A DNA stretch of 64,000 nucleotides from an uncultured Candidatus Rokubacteria bacterium (GTDB lineage Bacteria > Methylomirabilota > Methylomirabilia > Rokubacteriales > CSP1-6): contig CAWBMV010000034.1 in the NCBI GenBank assembly GCA_963789955.1, positions 288,001-352,000 on the forward strand, in the 5' to 3' direction. A model generated the notes under the pieces. That model ran no database searches. It was given only the letters and a program-made list of their open reading frames with translations, and was not told where the DNA came from. This document shows positions 61,002-64,000 of the stretch, in pieces (the stretch's first letter is position 1; the number at the start of each line of letters is the position of its first letter). A program made the position numbers and the translations under genes.

Positions 61002-64000
61002 ATGCGGGCCTGGCTACGTTCACCAATTTCCGTAAATCTGCTGTTGCTGGGCATCTTCCTGTCCACGCCGGCGTTCGCGGCGCCGCCGGATCAACAGCCG
61101 CGCGCCGTGCCGAGCGCGCTCCACGATCGTGCGCGCGTTGAAGGCGAGGTGCGCGTGCTCGTCGAACTCGCGCTTCCCTCCGGCCGTGTTGCGGAGAGCG
61201 CGCTCGCGAGCCAAGCCCGAGCCGCGTACCGACAGGAGATCAACGACACTGCGTCGCGCGTCCTGAGCCGACTGGCGCAGCATCGATATCGCGTTCTGCG
61301 TCGCTACCTCACGTCGCCTCTGATCGCGCTCAGCGTCAGCCCGTCAGCGCTCCAAGCGCTCGACGCATCCGGCCTTCCGGTCAAACGCGTGATGGAAGAC
61401 AGGATCCACAGGCCGGTCTTGTTCGACAGCGTCCCGCTGATCGGCGCCGATCAGGCCTGGGCCGCCGGCTTCGACGGCGCCGGCCAAACGGTGGCGGTAA
61501 TCGACAGCGGCGTCGACTCCGCGCATTCGTTCCTCGCCGGGAAGGTCGTGGAAGAGGCGTGCTATTCCACCACGTCCGGGCTGCAGAGCACGACGCTCTG
61601 CCCGAACGGCGCAGCCGAGCAGATCGGACCCGGCGCCGCCGTGAACTGCCCGCTCGAGATCGAGGGCTGCTGGCACGGCACGCACGTGGCGGGCATCGTC
61701 GCCGGCGACGGAACGTCCCTCGACCTGCCGATCTTTGGGGTCGGACGCGGCGCCAGCATCATGGCGGTCCAGGTTTTTTCTCGGATCAACGGCTTCCTCG
61801 ACTGCGGAGGCGCGCCGCCCTGTCTCGGAGCGTATACGTCGGATATCCTGGCTGCTCTCGAGCGCGTCTATGATCTGCGGGCCACGTACGCCTTTTCCTC
61901 GGTCAATATGAGTCTCGGCGGTGGACTCTTCAGCTCGGCCTGTGACGACGAGCCGTACAAACCGTTTATCGACAACTTGCGCTCAGCGGGTATCGCGACC
62001 GTCGTGGCCTCTGGAAACGACGGAGCAATCAACCAGCTCAGCGCTCCCGCGTGCGTGTCAAGCGCCGTGAGCGTCGGCGCCACGACGAAGGACGACCAGG
62101 TGGCGTCCTACTCGAACGTGGCCCCCTTCCTGTCGCTGTTCGCTCCTGGCGACGAAATCCTCTCGTCGTACCCCGGCGACAGCTTCGCGGTGGCGAGCGG
62201 AACGTCGATGGCGGCGCCACACGTGGCGGGCGCCTGGGCGATCCTCAAGCAGGCCGCGCCGACGGCGAGCGTCGACGAGATCCTCCAGGCTCTCACCAGC
62301 ACTGGGCTCCCGATCACAGACCCTCGCGCGGGAACAGGCACCACCCGACCCAGGATCCAGGTCGACCTCGCACTGAGCGCCCTGCTTGGAGAGAACCAGG
62401 ATCCTCCAGTCCTGTCCGTGAACCCGGGTTCGCTGGATTTCGGCAATGTGACCGTGGGGAGCTCCGCGGACAGAACTCTGGTCGTGCAGAACACCGGAGG
62501 CGGGATTCTTACTGGTAGCGTCACCACGAATCCTCCGTTCAGCATCGTCTCCGGCGGCTCCTTCAACCGCGGCCCGAACTCGACCCAGAATGTCGTCGTG
62601 CGATTCCGCCCGACAGCGCCCGGCGCCTTCGCGGCGAACGTGAGCTTTACTTCCAATGGCGGCGCCGTCTCGGTCGCCGTCACCGGCGTCGGCGCGGGTG
62701 TAAGCGCCATCGCCCCCAACTCGGTCGACCTCGCGAGCCCGCCGGCGAGCTTCACGATCACGGGCAACGGCTTCGTGAACCTCGGCTTCGGCCTGCCCGT
62801 CATCAACTTCACGCGCGGCGGCACCTTGATCGCGCAGGCGCGAACGACCGCCATGACCGGGACAACCTTGACGGTGCCGTACCCGACGCAGGCCACCGCG
62901 ATCACGCCCAACATGCCCGGACTGTCAACGGGCCCGGTCCAGGCCCAGGTGTGGCAGCAGACGGGGAGCGCGCCGACGTTCAGTATGATCGGAGGCGCCA
63001 CGCTCACCGTCACCGACACGCGGGGTGTGAGCGGCATCGCGCCGAGTACGATCGACCTGGCCACGCCGCCGAACCACCTTCACCATCACGGGCGGCGGCT
63101 TCGCGAACCTGGGCTTCGGTCTGCCCGTCGTGAACTTCATGCGCGGCGGTACTCTGATCGCGCAGGCGCGGGCCACGGCGCTCGCTGGAAACACGACCTT
63201 GACGGTGCCGTTCCCGACGCAGGCGACTGCGATCACGCCCAACATGCCCGGGCTGTCGGCGGGCTCGGTGACGGCGCAGGTCTGGCAGCAGACGGGAAGC
63301 GCGCCGACCTTCAGTCTGATCGGAAGTGCCACGCTCACGGTCACCGACACACGGCCGGTACCGGGGGTGACCGGGATCATTCCGAGCACGATCGATCTCG
63401 CGAGCCCGCCGGCGAGCTTCACGATCACGGGCAACGGCTTCGTGAACCTCGGCTTCGGCCTGCCCGTCATCAACTTCATGCGCGGCAGCACCTTGATCGC
63501 GCAGGCGCGAACGACCGCCGTGACTGGGACAACCTTGACGGTGCCGTTCCCGACGCAGGCGACGGCGATCACGCCCAACATGCCCGGGCTGTCGGCGGGC
63601 TCGGTGACGGCGCAAGTCTGGCAGCAGACGGGAAGCGCGCCGACGTTCAGTCTGTTCGGAAGCGCCACGCTCACGGTCACTGACACGCGGCCTATACCCG
63701 GCGTGACCGGGATCACGCCGAGCACGATCGACCTCGCGAACCCGCCGGCGAGCTTCACGATCACGGGCAACGGCTTCGTGAACCTCGGCTTCGGCCTGCC
63801 CGTCATCAACTTCATGCGCGGCGGTACCTTGATCGCGCAGGCGCGAACGACCGCCATGACCGGGACAACCTTGACGGTGCCGTTCCCGACGCAGGCGACG
63901 GCGATCACGCCTAACATGCCCGGGCTGTCGGCGGGCGTGGTCACGGCGCAAGTCTGGCAGCAGACGGGGAGCGCGCCGACGTTCAGTCTAATCGGAAGCG
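61002..64000 (+). CDS. Secreted S8 (subtilisin-like) serine protease with C-terminal Ig-like domains (frameshift near 63072; runs off the window)
   Basis: Signal peptide; catalytic triad VIDSG, HGTHVAG and GTSMAAPHVAG; oxyanion SGN; Ig-like SLDFGNV domain followed by repeats. Confidence 0.92.
62697..64000 (+). repeat. At least four intragenic tandem repeats of about 327-340 bp (about 110-aa Ig/IPT-like units)
   Basis: DLA.PP.SFTITGNGF.NLGFGLPVINF.RGG..AQVWQQTGSAPTFS recurs near 62724, 63051, 63391 and 63727. Confidence 0.93.

Overview
High-GC bacterial chromosomal window. The gene set and repeat types are compatible with a Methylomirabilota/Rokubacteria-like lineage, but this is an inference and is not established here. 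Bases 1-42.7 kb (+ strand) are core housekeeping: hisF-hisIE, a lipoprotein-mlaE-mlaF-mlaD transporter, radA-ispD-ispF-cysS-rlmB, tRNA Thr/Tyr/Gly/Thr, tuf, rpmG-tRNA-Trp-secE-nusG-rplKAJL-rpoBC, then the str, S10, spc and alpha ribosomal operons with a second tuf. Bases 42.7-51.5 kb (- strand) carry trxA-trpE-trpG-thiL, two CNNM/CorC paralogues, a dienelactone hydrolase and a MurU-AmgK-like fusion. Bases 51.6-64 kb are accessory: a sigma54 response regulator, a FIST protein, a five-gene envelope operon (two paralogous TPR proteins, a DUF4124-like protein, YjgN/DUF898, an M48 peptidase), and an S8 protease with tandem Ig-like repeats preceded by a lipoprotein that looks like a free-standing copy of its propeptide. 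About 15 genes, many essential, contain small indels that look like sequencing errors. The most interesting signals are the propeptide-lipoprotein/protease pair, an RpoA lacking conserved beta-contact residues, the TPR paralogue pair, several palindromic repeat families inside the ribosomal superoperon, and G-biased mosaic tuf copies. No CRISPR array, rRNA or transposase was seen.
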